Below are positions 13,068-26,600 of a DNA stretch of 64,000 nucleotides, piece by piece. The stretch is taken from NCBI RefSeq assembly GCF_009914755.1, contig NC_060931.1; one strand, 5' to 3'. The stretch comes from the human T2T-CHM13v2.0 reference genome, Homo sapiens. Positions within the stretch are counted from its first letter, which is position 1. Every line of letters begins with the position of its first letter. The notes beneath the pieces are model-generated. The model had not been told where the DNA came from. It saw nothing but the letters and a program-made list of their open reading frames with translations, and ran no database searches. A program made the position numbers and the translations under genes.

Positions 13068-13586
13068 GCAAGCTGGAGACCCAGGAGAGCTGATGTGTAG
13101 TTCCAGTCTGAGTATGAAGGCCTGAGAACCAGGAGAGCCAATGGTGTAGTTCCAGTCTGAAAGCTGGCAGGCTTGAGACCCAGGAAGAACTGATGTTTCA
13201 GTTCAAGCCCAAAAGCCAGAAAAAAAACAATGTCCCAGCTCAAAGAAGTCAGGCAAGAGGAGTTCCCCGCTTTTCACAGAAGAATTAGCCTATTTATTCT
13301 ATTCAGGCCTTTAATTGAATGGATGAGAGCCATTCACATTAGGGAGGGCAATCTGCTTTACTCAGTCTGCCAATTCAAATGCTAATCTCATCCAGAGCCA
13401 CCTCACAGACACACCCAGAATAATGTTTAACTATTTGGGCACTCCATGGCCCAGTCAAACTGACACATACAGTTAATCATTATACCATGTTAGTTTGTCT
13501 TCTTGTCCACTCAACTTTCTTCTAACTACTGTATAGTATTCCATTGTGTTATATACATGCACAGTTATACTTTATAAAGATGAAAG

Positions 13587-13939
<353 letters not shown>

Positions 13940-15899
13940 TTATGTTATTTTTGGCTACAGATCATTTTCTTATTGCTATATAGTATTTCATTGTGTGACT
14001 ACATGAAAATTTATTCATCCAGTTGATGGACATTTGGGTGGTTTCCAGTTTGGGATGATTCATTGATTTTGACATCATGAATATTTAGGTTGCTTCTGAT
14101 ACGTTTCTTTAATACTTTGCGAAGGCATCATTTTGCATGACTGCTTGTATAGATACATAAATGTTTCTCTTGGGTGGCCACAGGTTAAACAATGGTCTAT
14201 CTGGATCATGAATGGAGAGAAAAGGAAACAACCAGAAAGCTCTCTCTCCCCACCTATTCTCTGTCCATGGCATCTGCCACTTTCTCTCACTCTGCCCCTA
14301 CCACACTGTGACCTAACCAGCTTCTACCTTCTCCCAGGAGTTCCTCACAGATTTTGTCTTATAAACATTTTCTTGAAGTAAAACATACCTACAGAAAAGT
14401 GCATATGTTTTAAGTATGTAGTGCAAAGAATTTATGTGAATTGAGCATATGTAAGTAACCCAGATAGAGATGAAAAATTATTAGCATCTAGAAATGGAAC
14501 AATGCATTAGAGGATATGTAATTCCAGCTTTACTAAATACTGCTGAATTGCTTTTCAAAAATTACCACATCAACTAACTCTCACCAGAAGTAAAGATGTA
14601 CACCCGTTTCCCTTCAATCTTGTCAGCACTTGGGGATAGCCACACGCTAGCTTTCACTATAATAATAGGTAAACATTCTTACTGGTTTTAGTTATTTTCC
14701 TTAATTTTTAATATGGTTGAGCCTATCTTCATACTCATTTGTTAGTTGGAATATGCTGCACTTGTTTTGCTATTGAGTTGTTGTCCTGTTTTGAACCTTT
14801 CCTTAAGAGTCCACAGCTTATCCAGTTTTCTACACAACTCACTTCTGTTTGCTGCCCTTCATTATAGACTCAATGCCTTCTCATTGCTAGAGCACTGTGC
14901 CCTCCTTGGGGCTCGATGGTTTATAATAAAGCTTCCCCAGGAGATCTCATGGGGGCCAGGTTCTTTAGTGGTGGCCACTAAAGCTACTACCTCTTATTCC
15001 AGGTGCCATAAACCAGTGGCTGGACCTGGTTGGTTCACAGAGTGTTCTCAATGTGAGGAATCAGGTATTGTGCTTGGTTGTCATATAAGCAGCTTAGTTC
15101 CCATTGTTTTATACCTGGCCTGCTACCCTCATTCATGTTACCTTCATGCCCCATAGACATTTGAGATTTGATGCAAACCAGTCTGTTACAGTAAAAGCAC
15201 CACTGTCTAGGAAGTTCTGGAGATGGGTTATCAGCTCATTTACATCAGCAGCTGCGGGATCTTGGGCAAGTCATTTCACCTATTGGAGCCACTCTCTGCT
15301 AGCATAAAGGAGAACATAAAGATACCTTCCCTGCCTATCTCACAAGGTTGTTTGGGAAACTGAATGAAAGAACGTGTAAATGTGCTTTGCAGGTTTTTTG
15401 TGAAACAGGAATAGCTGTTAGTATTCTCGCCTAGCCCTGTCTGTGGTGCCCAGGATGCTGCATTACCTCCTTTCTACCCTCGCCCTGAGTATTGGTCCTA
15501 GGTAGAAGCTGAGGTGAATATACTGAAAGCAGTAAGAATCTTCACCAGGCCCCTCCCAGTCATATCACAAGGTGTTGTAGCTTATTGACAAACACAGACC
15601 TCATGTTTCTCTGAGAACCGCCCTGTGAACACCTAGATAGAACTAAGGGTGTGAAATACAAACGTACTATTTGCCTACACTTACGGAAATAAGAGCACAT
15701 GACACAGTAGATGGCAAGGTGAGGCTTTAAGTCAGAAAGCAACCTCAGCTGAAACAAATGCATAATTATAATTTGATTTCAGAAGTGGAAACATGACCCG
15801 AATTCATGCACCTACTGATTAGTCCAAATTCCTTTATTGTTGAAGCTGGAGCAGAAGTGGGGGTCCACCGTGGAAGTAAGGAAAAGCAAAACAGAACAG

Positions 15900-16215
15900 G
15901 GGTCTCATCCAGGGAGCCATGTCGATGGCTATGGGGAGCTCCACCTTGCTCTTGGGGTGGGGCCCTGGCCCTGGGTGGGACTGTGGGGTGATGAGGGTTG
16001 TGCTATGCTGGCTACCTGGTGGTAATTGCCAAGGAGAGAGCAGCACGTAGATCCTCCCTGTCATCAGGCAGAGCTCTTCAGTGAGGTGGGCTCAGGGAGG
16101 GCTCTGTGCCTCCGTTCAGCAGAGCTGCAGCTGCTGCCCAGCTCTCAGGAGGCAAGCTGGACTCCCTCACTCAGCTGCAGGAGCAAGGACAGTGAGGCTC
16201 AACCCCGCCTGAGCC
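15900..16215 (+). promoter_or_regulatory. NPSR1: NPSR1 proximal promoter and 5'UTR (no obvious TATA box, no CpG island)
   Basis: GC-richer unique sequence directly upstream of the ATG with no ATG between 16021 and 16215. GT-boxes at 15954-15979, TACGTG on the minus strand at 16044-16049, CAGCTG E-boxes at 16128 and 16172. The exact TSS cannot be determined from sequence. Confidence 0.7.
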
Positions 16216-16362
16216 ATGCCAGCCAACTTCACAGAGGGCAGCTTCGATTCCAGTGGGACCGGGCAGACGCTGGATTCTTCCCCAGTGGCTTGCACTGAAA
16301 CAGTGACTTTTACTGAAGTGGTGGAAGGAAAGGAATGGGGTTCCTTCTACTACTCCTTTAAG
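16216..16362 (+). CDS. NPSR1: NPSR1 coding exon 1 (aa 1-49, extracellular N-terminus)
   Basis: ATG in GAGCCATGC context. Translates MPANFTEGSFDSSGTGQTLDSSPVACTETVTFTEVVEGKEWGSFYYSFK, recognised as the human NPSR1 N-terminus, with an N-glycosylation sequon NFT. 147 nt ending at a consensus donor AAG|GTAAGT (phase 0). Confidence 0.98.
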
Positions 16363-19300
16363 GTAAGTTTCTTGCCTGCGACTCTGAACACTGACTTATA
16401 ACAATGAGACTGCTGGAACTTAAGAGTGTCAATTGAAGTATCATAGCCAGTATTGTGAATGAGTGTTATTTTCTTTACTAAAAAGGATTTTTAAAAGTCT
16501 GAAGTGCTAAAACAACAAGCTGTAGTGTGCAGAGACCTAGATTGTAGTTTCTTAGGAATACAGGTGACGTTTTTCTTTCTGATGCTGCTGGAAATGTGTG
16601 AATCGTGAGTAACATTTATGAGTGGATGATTTTTACTTTCCCCCTTTCCTTAGGTGAAAGCACTTTTAATTAATCCTATAGCAGTACTTGAAATGTCTGT
16701 TTCTAGTAGGGGTTAGAGCTATGAGTTTTTTGCTAGGAACACCAGAGATGCGGAAAGCTCACAATCCCCAGGACAGTGACTGATATGATGAGAAACAACA
16801 TTGAATAAGGCAGGAAGGACGACACTTTCTTTGATGATCCTTTTCATTAAACATCAGTGAGGAATATATTTCTTTGAGGGTAGTTGATGATGCCACCATT
16901 TGCAACAAATTACCTCCTAGAACAAATGAAGGACAGAGAGTTTGGTGAGTTTCACCTTCAAAGTATCCAAGGGCCACACTGAGGAAGGATCTTCATTAAG
17001 CTAATACTGTATTGTTTCTTATTCCGCAACAAGATCTTGTGGACAGAAATGAACCGCACATTTGGGAAAAGAACAGTTTCCTGCTTCTTGCCTCAGAATG
17101 CTGGGTTGTCAGGTTATTTCACACCTGTCTAACGATATGTTTAGTCATTGCAATAATTCACAGGTCTCAAACTGGTCCTTTCCACTGAAGAAAAAATACT
17201 TCAAAAAGATTCTAGTTGTTGCTTTGTTGGGTTTTGTTGTTGTTGTTGTTGTTAATCCTCTGTATGTTCTTGAAATGATTTGGTTTTTACACAATGAGAT
17301 AGCATTACTGTAACATCCACCTCCCTACTGGAAGTTCACTTCTTTTGCAAATATTCAGAATAAAACTTTCAGCAGGGTGCTGTCCCAGGAGTCAGACTTA
17401 AACTTCCAGGGCCCTAATGATCCTGCAGCAAAGCAGAACCTGAGCAAACTACTCCTCCACTGGCTTCAGTGAAACCCTGTCCCTTGGAATCACCTCCTAA
17501 TGCATATGCACATACGCAGCCCAGCTGCACAGCTCCACGATGTAGCTTAGAAAGTAAAATTAGAGTTTGTTGCCACTTAATGTCGACTGAATAATCCCCT
17601 TTATGAAATCAGCCTGCAGACCCAGAGAGTCTGTCTTGGCAGGCTGTGTGCACCCAGGAAGCACAGGACTCCACTCAGTATTGCTGCCTGTGTAGCCTCT
17701 TTGATATTCTTAGAACATGATAGCAAGCAGAATGAAGAGAGGCCCTCCATTGCAAAGGGAATAAAATCAGCAATAAGGTGGTTATTCTGAGACTCTGGCA
17801 AGAATCAATCTCAGCTGAAATCTCATTTGCCATTTTTTGAATATAGCACCTACAGGGATATTTGGAATATGTGAAGAAACAAATCCCACCTTGCTCTCTA
17901 TGAGTGTTTGTCCTCTCTATCCTAGCAACATCATCGCCAGACACTAAAGAGAATCACAGCATCTCTAGCTGATTCCTATTGATATGTTTGCAGCAAAACG
18001 GCTGGACCACTGGACAAGGAGAAAAGCAGAAAGACAGGAATTGTGTTTGGCCAGGAGCTTAGAATGCTCAGATTCATTATTTGAGAGATACGTGTATTGA
18101 CTAAAACCCTGTGATTTTTAGTTACACAGTGATTACTGGTGGTATTTGTGAGAACTTAGCTTATATTTCTTAGTGTAACTTTTTTTCTATGATCCCCTTT
18201 GGGCACAAGCAATTCTAATGCATTGTTGATACAGAAATAGTTCCAATGCAAGCCCTTGTTCACTGCAATTCATTTTATCTGACATACTTCTAGAGAAGAA
18301 ATTCGAAACCATGCTCCCTTTACTGTCTCCCAGATGTATCCCCTTTAATCCCCATTGCCTTCATCAAAAGCAGTAAAAAAAATAGCATGAAAATAAAAAT
18401 AGCAGCAGCAGTAAAAGTCACAGAAATAACAGCAACAACCATACGTCTCATTTACTTTGGGCATTCTTGGTGCCAAGAGTCATAGCAAGACTCACTTAGC
18501 AAGTGACTTCTGTGAAGTATCTCATTTAATTCTCACAATCCATGGTGTATCTTTCCTTCCGGTCCTGCCTTCCATCTTCATCTGTTTATCTCAATTTTAC
18601 CCAGTCTATAAAGCTCAGCTTGGGTTGCTTCCTCCATGAAGCCCTCCTTGACTCATCCCTCCCTGACTCATCCCTCCCTGAGCTTCATTAGTGTCACGGA
18701 CTGTACCTCTCTTCTTGCCACTTAATGCAGTTCTGTCTTAAACTGCTATTTCCATATGTGTTGGCTGAATGTGTTACAGTCCTCAAGCTCCTTGAGTAAA
18801 ATGAATGCCTTATATTTGTTTCATATTTTCTCCCAGGACCTACCACTATGTTAGTCATACTCAATAAACATTGACTGCATAAACAAATTGTGATGTGTTT
18901 TTTCTTCCAATTACCAACATTTTGTCAAATAAGCAACAGAAAGCATGTATTCCCTGTGACAGAGGTGGGTGGGGGCTCTCATTAACCAAGTTTCCACCCA
19001 TCAGCCCCTACCCTGCCTGGTCTCTATACTCACCCAGGTCCCTTTCTGCAAGCATGTTCAGCTTGTCCCTATTCCATTTCTAAGCCAATGAGACCAAAGT
19101 CGGTTCTAGATTCCAGTGGGTGGGGTATGGAATTAGCTGAGGCACCATGAGCTGGTACCAAGTACCTGGTCCAGCCCTGGGGAATCCATCTCTATTGCAT
19201 GGCAGCCTTACCTAGTCTCAGCTGTCTTGCTCCGTCCACTTACCTAGGCTCCTGACTTCGTTTCCCATCTCACATTCTAGTTCTTATCCTCTGAACTCCA

Positions 19301-20844
19301 AAGCTCTTTCAGGAGGAGACAAAGCACCCCGTCTAGATCTTACTGGCACTTCCTTCACAGGCTTAGAGTCTGTTCCTTCCTCCCACCTCCACCCTTGAAT
19401 TCTGGCTTCTGCTTCCACCCCTCTAACCTACTCTACCTTCCTAAGCATGTGAGGCTCTTGGAAATGAGCAGGGAGGTCTAGGGTGGGTTCACCCATCCCA
19501 TCTTCCACCATGGGCCTTGTGTAACTAACCCTACGTGGTCTTGGGTTCAAGATTCTCAGCTCAGACCCTGGCTCCCTTCACAGTTTCCAGTTTTGTGTGC
19601 TTTTAAGATCACATCCAGCTCACCTCTTCAAGACCTAGGTCTTGGCACTAAGGAATTATATGCGTTTCAAGAATCTACCAGAAGTTTTCAAGGGGAAATG
19701 GGAACCAGCTCATCAGAAAATAAATGAGGTATCTGAATATAAGGCTGTCCAAATGCAAAACAAATACAAAACTCTTCACACAGAAAGCCCTTAATTTTGC
19801 TGGTGAATTCACCAGCAATGTTTCCTGAATCTCTGATACTTAATGAGAAACCTAATTAGAAGTAACTGGGAGGGAGACCTGTCTTGATTAGTGAATTATC
19901 TAAATTATAAAATAATGTAAATGAAACTTAGTTTTATTACTCATAGGTGAGCACAGAAACATGAACTAAGACTGCTAAATATCACCTAATAACAATCTTT
20001 TATTGCGCCTCCTTCGGTGGATAGTTACAAGTGATACACAATTAGTCTATTGTTTATATGTAAATGGTTGCTTCTAAGTGCTTGAGGGTGATTTGACACA
20101 GTTTGTTCCCTTTGTTTGTACACCCTCCCTGCCACGCTGCCTTACTGTTAATTTTCTTAACACACTCTTCCTCCATTAATATAACAAAAGCAAATTTCAA
20201 CTCAACGCATGTCCCAATTATCTCACGCTATGCTTTTGCAAGGGAGCTCCTTCCTGCCCTGGCCCCAGGACAGTGTCAGGGATGTCCTTCCTGGAATCCA
20301 GAATCCCTCATGTCCCAACCCCCAAATGTATCTCCTGCAATTTGTAACGAGAGGTCTTGCATTTACATCATGCATTTTTTATTCTTTTCTAATTAGTCTC
20401 GCTCAGTATGTTCAATTTGAGTTTCTACAGTTGAATACTGTGGCTGCTCCTAAGGAAATTACTACCAGTTTTGCTCGGTTAAATCATTATTAAACATATT
20501 ATTCCTTCCTGCCAGTTCTGCTACCCAGACCTAGTGCTCTGCTTTCCAATCCCTGACCCTGGGTAAACTCTACCGTGCAGTGTGTCCAATTTCACTTCAC
20601 ACAAATGAGAAAGGCTGAGGATGGCACACAATTTCCAAACTATAGACGCTAGTATTTGAAAAGGAAATCTTCCTCAGCTAAATTTCTCTTTGCATTACTA
20701 ATACATTTGATGGCAGGAAGCATAATCTTAGCTAATTCAGAATAAACCTAGTCATTGCAGAGCTTTTCAGCCCAGGAAGAGTTTTCACATTTTCTGGCTT
20801 CGGGAAGGCATCTAACTCCAGGGGCAGTGCTTCTGTAGTGCATT

Positions 20845-20885
<41 letters not shown>

Positions 20886-20896
20886 ATGTGTGTGTG
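20845..20896. repeat. Compound (TC)13(TG)n microsatellite
   Basis: Read directly from sequence. Confidence 0.95.
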
Positions 20897-21974
20897 GCGG
20901 GGGGGAGTGGGGGTAGAGGATGGATGGTGAAGAGAGTCTGATCTACTGAGGGATCTGAGCAAGTTGGCATCAGCTGAAACAAGACCTGTCTGTCCCTCAG
21001 ATGTGGTCATCCTCGTTCTGGACTTTCATCTGGGTTCCCATCCGACCTGTGTCAGGCCCACATTGCTTTCTGGGGTAATGTCCCTTGGCCACATTCTCTC
21101 CTGGTACAGGGTGCTTGAATCCCTGTCTCTCAATCCCAGCGATAATTTCTGCCTCCTTCCTAAGAATAGAAAGTTTGACTGCTACCAACTTTGGGCTGCA
21201 GAAAACAAAATGGAGCATCTCTGGCCCTCTCTCATCCCACATAGCCACCTACGCTATACAACTTCCACCTCATGATAGATGGGAAAATCTGGGAGACTGT
21301 ACTTCCCTGGTCCCTACACAGTAAGTGGACCTCAGCGCCCTTCCAATCCTGTGCTCCCCAAATGTAGCAAATGTTCTCTCTTCCTCCGCTTTTTCCTGCT
21401 AACCCTTGGAGGGGGGCAATCCAATACCCTCTTGTCATTGTCTCAGTTGCCTCGCATCTCCCCAGCATCTGACACCACTGCTGCGCCATCAAACTCTTCC
21501 ATCGCCCTCAGCGACCCCCCTGTCATGGGGAAATTGATGACACAGTGTTCTTCCGAATTTATTATTCCAGGCTCTCTGTTCTGAATGCTCAAAAGTCACA
21601 CCCTCTTGCAACAGAAAAAACCCATTTCTCTTCCAGCTGTTTAAGATATCCTCACTGAGGTATTTTGAAAGCCCAGTGCTGACTTGTTTCTGTCCATCTG
21701 CATTGATAAAGAGTGCAGTCTGAGGACAGTGGGGCTGCCTGGGCTGGTGGACAGTGTATCAAAGAAGTGGAAAGAAGCACATCCATTCATGCTTGACAAT
21801 GTCATTCTGCCATCCTTCAAATAATTTCCTGTTGATGAAGTAAGAATGTTTCAAGCCATGCACTCAGGTAGATAAGAAATCTAACACTATTTTTCTTAAA
21901 TAAACTGAGCTTCTCTCTGGACCTCTCAGTCCCCCAAGTAAACTCAGGCTTTTGAGCTTTCTCCATCATTTCAA

Positions 21975-22180
21975 TGAGGCAGTGTGGCTCAGAGAGCAGG
22001 CTTTAGAGCCAGACTTCTGGGGTCAAATCCCAGTGCCACACCATCTAGCAGAGTGACTTTGGGCACTTTACTTCCACCGGTGTCTCAGTTTCCTCATCCA
22101 ACAAACAAAGCTAATAATTGCATGTCCTGTAGAGAGTTGTTGTGAATAGTTAAGTGAGAGAATGCTTGTATAGCCTTAAA
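21975..22180 (+). mobile_element. MIR SINE
   Basis: 'ggctttagagccagac...aaatcccag...gtgactttgggca...tctcagtttcctcatc' MIR core. Confidence 0.75.
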
Positions 22181-23594
22181 GAACAGCAAGCGGCCCCCAG
22201 GAGTGTTCATTATTCATAATTAGAGTCCCAGGAATTCGTCATTCCACTCTTTTCTCAAGACAACTACTGAGAGGTGAGGAGGCAGCATTAGCTGTAAGGA
22301 AGAAGTTTCGGAAGATGCTGAGAGAGACCACTGCAGGTGGAAGCACTTCAGGACAGCTTCGATATGCAGGTGGTCCTCAAACAATGGTCATGAATTAAGC
22401 TGTTTCTTTTCTTTTTTTTAAAAAAAAAAAATGAGACCATGAAAATGTAGAATAAGATATAGATATAGAGGGAAAATTTCCATTTCTTACTTTGTCATCC
22501 TGATATTATGTCTAGCTATTATCTAAGCAAACTTAATGGCCCACTACATGAAAGGCTATTTGCAGAAAGAGCAAATTATGCCCTATCTGGAGAAAGAAAG
22601 AAATGGCTTCTTCTCTGCTGTGAAGATTTTCCAGGCCACAGATGGCAAAATCACCCAAGGTCATGAGGAAGTTGTAAGGAATAATCAAGTTTCTTGTTTT
22701 CCCACTTAGGCAATATTGATGGCTGCCTAAAAATGATAGATCTATTACTCTTGTCAGCACTTTACAGTTTGCAATATGATTTCACAATATCACCTTTGAA
22801 CCTCCCATCAGCTCTAGGGGGATTTAAAATAGCATTCTTTTTCTTTGAGCAGATATGAAACTAAAGTCTGAGGGAAGTTAAAGGTGTAAACTTCCTAAAA
22901 GTTAAGATAAGGTAAAAATAAAATAAGAAAGAAAAGAAAGAGAATTCTGAGCTGATTTTGGTCTGGATAGGTTAAGCTCTCCAACAGTAAAAAACAAACC
23001 CTAAATCTCCGTGATTTAACACACCAGAGGTTTATTGTTCCCTCATATCACAGTAGCAAACAGGTCAACTTGTAGCTACACCTTCTAGAACAAGTGGCTT
23101 CCAGGGGTGATGGTAAATTTTCTCTTGCTGTCTTTGGCCTGAAATGACACATGACTTTGACTGAATTCCATTGGCAAGAATTAATTACCTCAATAGGCAA
23201 CAGAAACGCCCCCAGGGTCGAGGGTATAATGCATGGCTTTAAAGATTTGATCCTTACCTTCTGGCAGATAAAACCCAAATCCTTGGGCCTGGCCTACTGG
23301 CCTTTCACATTCTGACCCAATCACCTTCTCTACTCCTCTCTTCACATCCTGGACCACGTTGTACTGACTGTCTTACCATAGTCTGAGGATACAGGGTCCT
23401 GTTTACCTTTTCTGGATATGCCTTTCTCACACCTTTTTCTTCTGATATCACGCTAACCTCAATTGCCTTCTCTTCTAGGAAGGCTTCAGAATTGTTCAGT
23501 AGTCCAGCATCATCACATCACTACCCTTCTGCTCCTAAAGCACTTAGAATCTCTGTGCAATATGGTTCCTCTCTTGACATGCATGTTCACCTAC

Positions 23595-23691
23595 ATACAC
23601 ACACACACACGCATACACACACACCCATGAGCACATACACATGGACACATACAAATACACAGTGACAGACACACATGCCCACACACACACA
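23595..23691. repeat. Degenerate CA-rich simple repeat
   Basis: Interrupted (CA)n blocks. Confidence 0.8.
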
Positions 23692-26600
23692 GACTAGATG
23701 TCAGTTATTTAGGGACACCTTTAGATCCTACTATTCCTAGTACAGTGACTGACACACAGCAGATAAAAGGTCAGTAAATATTTTGTTGAGTGAAAGAGTA
23801 TATCAAGAAATAATCTGTAAAACAAGTTTACTGCTAATATCTCAATAAGCTCATGTGAATGAATTTGGGTAGATAAAGTCTTAATCCTTATTCACCAACC
23901 ATTTGGCTTGAATTTATAGGTGTCATAATTTGGGAGGGATTCGTGACATCACAGTAAGCCATGTTCTATATTATTTAGTAATGATGAGGAATAATGATGA
24001 TGCTATCGGATTTTGGGAAAAATCCGTAGGATTGGTGAGTAGAGGCACTACACAAGCCTGGAAAAGGGAAAGGAAAAGAGAACAGGTTTCTGTAACCCAG
24101 GATGACATTTGGTTGAAACAATACTTAGTTTCAACCTCCTCCTCACTTTCCCAGCTAAGTACTCACTCTCCTAGTCTCCCTTGCAGTTAAAGGTAGCACA
24201 GTTTGGGAAGCTTAATTGGAAGTCTCTGAGATTTCTAATAAAGATTTTTCCTTTTCTGATGAAAGCGGAAAGATATTGCTGGCATTCTGATGTCCCCCTG
24301 ACTTGAATTCAGACATAATGCATGGAGCCGCAGCAGCCATTTTGTGACCACAGGAAAAAAAAGCCAAGGGAATCTTAGCAAATTGAGTTCAGCAGCAACA
24401 TATCTTCAGATTTCTTATTATATGAAAAAAAATAAATCTTTGTTTAAGCCACTGCTAAGCTGAATACTTTCCTAATTGATATAAATACTAAGTGTAATAC
24501 GACATTGACAGTATTGAAGCCAAGATCTTAAAACATGGCCCCCAGAGAGTCAAGCAGACATTGCATTATTACACATTTGGAGGGTACAGAGGCTGGATCT
24601 GCCCATGGTTTTTGTCTTGTTATTATCTACATTACAAAGAGATTGAATAGATTCTTATAAAAACTGATTCAGACTAGATTGTATGGTTTTGAGTAACCAA
24701 GAAAGTAAAAGTTTCTCCCCCTCCTCAAAGAAAAGGGCCTTACATTTTTCAAATGATTCTCTACATTCCAGATAATAACAATGCCATTCACTTATGTAAT
24801 TTTATGAAAAAATACTAAAACCATTCTGAAAACATCAGCTCAAAAAACTACCCAAAACATTTGCTCATTTTTTCATGATGGCTCAATAAGAAGATTTTTT
24901 TATTCTCCTCCAAAAAGCATAAGGAATCACATCCTTTCCTGACAGCTTAAAACATCCAAGCAAAATGTGAGCTGGAGCCATGGGCTCTGGACCTGGCAGG
25001 CAGGTGTGGACCTTCAGCACACCACAGGGCTGCTCTAGCCCCAGGCATTTCTGCCCTGGGTACAGAACAATAACCACCATCCCTGCCTGGATGGTGAAGT
25101 AGGAATGGAGCCAGTTCTCATGTGGGAGGAAGAGTTTTGAGAGACAGGAGAAAGGGGGGTAGTCATGGAGGAGTTCTGCTTACTAATCTGTGACAATCCT
25201 CTCCAAGCCCAGAGAAGGTGGGAGGTAGGGGAGGACCGATGCTCTTCCCCATCAAAGGCCAGCCTCCTAGACTCTCCATTCATCCAGCTTCTTCACCCTC
25301 CTGGCCTCTCCACTTTCCCCGCCTTTCCACTTACTCAGATTCTCCACCTTTCCAGACACTCCATCCTCAAAGACTCTCCACCCACCCAGGCTAGTCATGC
25401 ATTGCTAAAGATAAATAAAAAAGAAACTTCCTGGGACTCTTTCCTCCTTCTAAAGACAGGAGTAGGTGGTTGGAAAGGAATAAGATGCAATCATAACTTT
25501 GACAAGACTCACAAGAACCCTCATGAAGATTCCCTGCCCTCTCACAAGCCTCTCTTTTCCCAGCCTTAACTGCTTGCCCTCATCCTTACCAGGGCATTCA
25601 GCTTGGACTTTGCACGCTCAGTTTTTAAAAAACAGTTCTGTCTCCCCCTTTCTCACCATCCCTCTTTTATCTCATCAGAACTTCTTTCTTCAATAAACTG
25701 ATTCCAAGTATTAGCAAAAAAAACCATTCTAAGTAAAAGAGTTCTGAGTTCCATCCCTCAAGTGTCTCTTCTTATAACCCCCCTAACATATGTTAGGGGG
25801 GTTAATATTAATGTAAAATAAACTCTTACTCCTCATGCCCTCTGGACAGAGTCTAAAGGATTCTTGGAGTTCCTTAAAGAAGCCAAAACTCTTTTGCTGG
25901 GCTACAGCCACGATTCACCCAGGCCTCTGAATCAGACCCAAGATATCCCCACAGCACTCAGAATTCCATTCACATAAAGATATTGAACGAAGGTGTTCAC
26001 ACAAGGAGCATTATTCACAAGTCATAATTTAATAAAAAATGTCAGGGAATATTGTGAGTGCTCAAATGCAGGTTTCTCATCTTTCACGTATTATTGTAGA
26101 CTCTAACCCTTAGCAACACAGAGCAACCCATGCAGATAGAAGATATTCTTTTGGCTAAGAATACATTTATTCCTTTTCCAATGTATTTAGTCCCTTTTCA
26201 GGATTTTTGGTCTAGGTTAAGATTAAAATGCAAAGAGTATTCAAGAACACAGAAACTATCAGCCTAAAATAAAACTTAGAATAATGTAATGAATGCAATT
26301 CTATCAGGCCACTCAGTCTTTTCTATTGATCATTTCATTCATCAATCAGGTTAAGCAAGCTTATGCTGAGGAAACAAATAACTGGATATTCTCAGTGGGT
26401 TAAAATCATAATATTTTAATGTTTGTTTCCTACTCATGTCCCATGTCCATCACAGGTTAACAGGGTGACTCCGTGTATTGTAATCTCTCAGGGAACCAGT
26501 TGATGGAAGCCCCATGTCAACAAAGGCTTCCATAATACTGAAGTCAGAAGAGCAAGAGCTAGAGAGATACAGAGTAACGAACCTTGCCCTGGCTCTCATA

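Larger units (their letters stand above)
12426..13484 (-). mobile_element. MLT2 (ERVL) LTR split by the LTR7B insertion
   Basis: 'tgtattagagttctccagagaaacaga...gaagtcccaagatctgc|aagctggagacccaggagagctgat...ccagtcaaactgacacat'; the two halves rejoin across the GCAAG TSD. Confidence 0.88.

Noticed and set aside
14746-15156. 136-aa ORF upstream of the promoter
   Set aside because: TTG start and no recognisable homology or splice structure.
16026-16298. 90-aa ORF overlapping the NPSR1 start as a possible uORF
   Set aside because: Starts at TTG, probably upstream of the main TSS, and there is no ATG in the 5'UTR.
16363-16401. C-terminal extension of the 61-aa ORF (VSFLPATLNTDL)
   Set aside because: Intron 1 read-through past a consensus donor.
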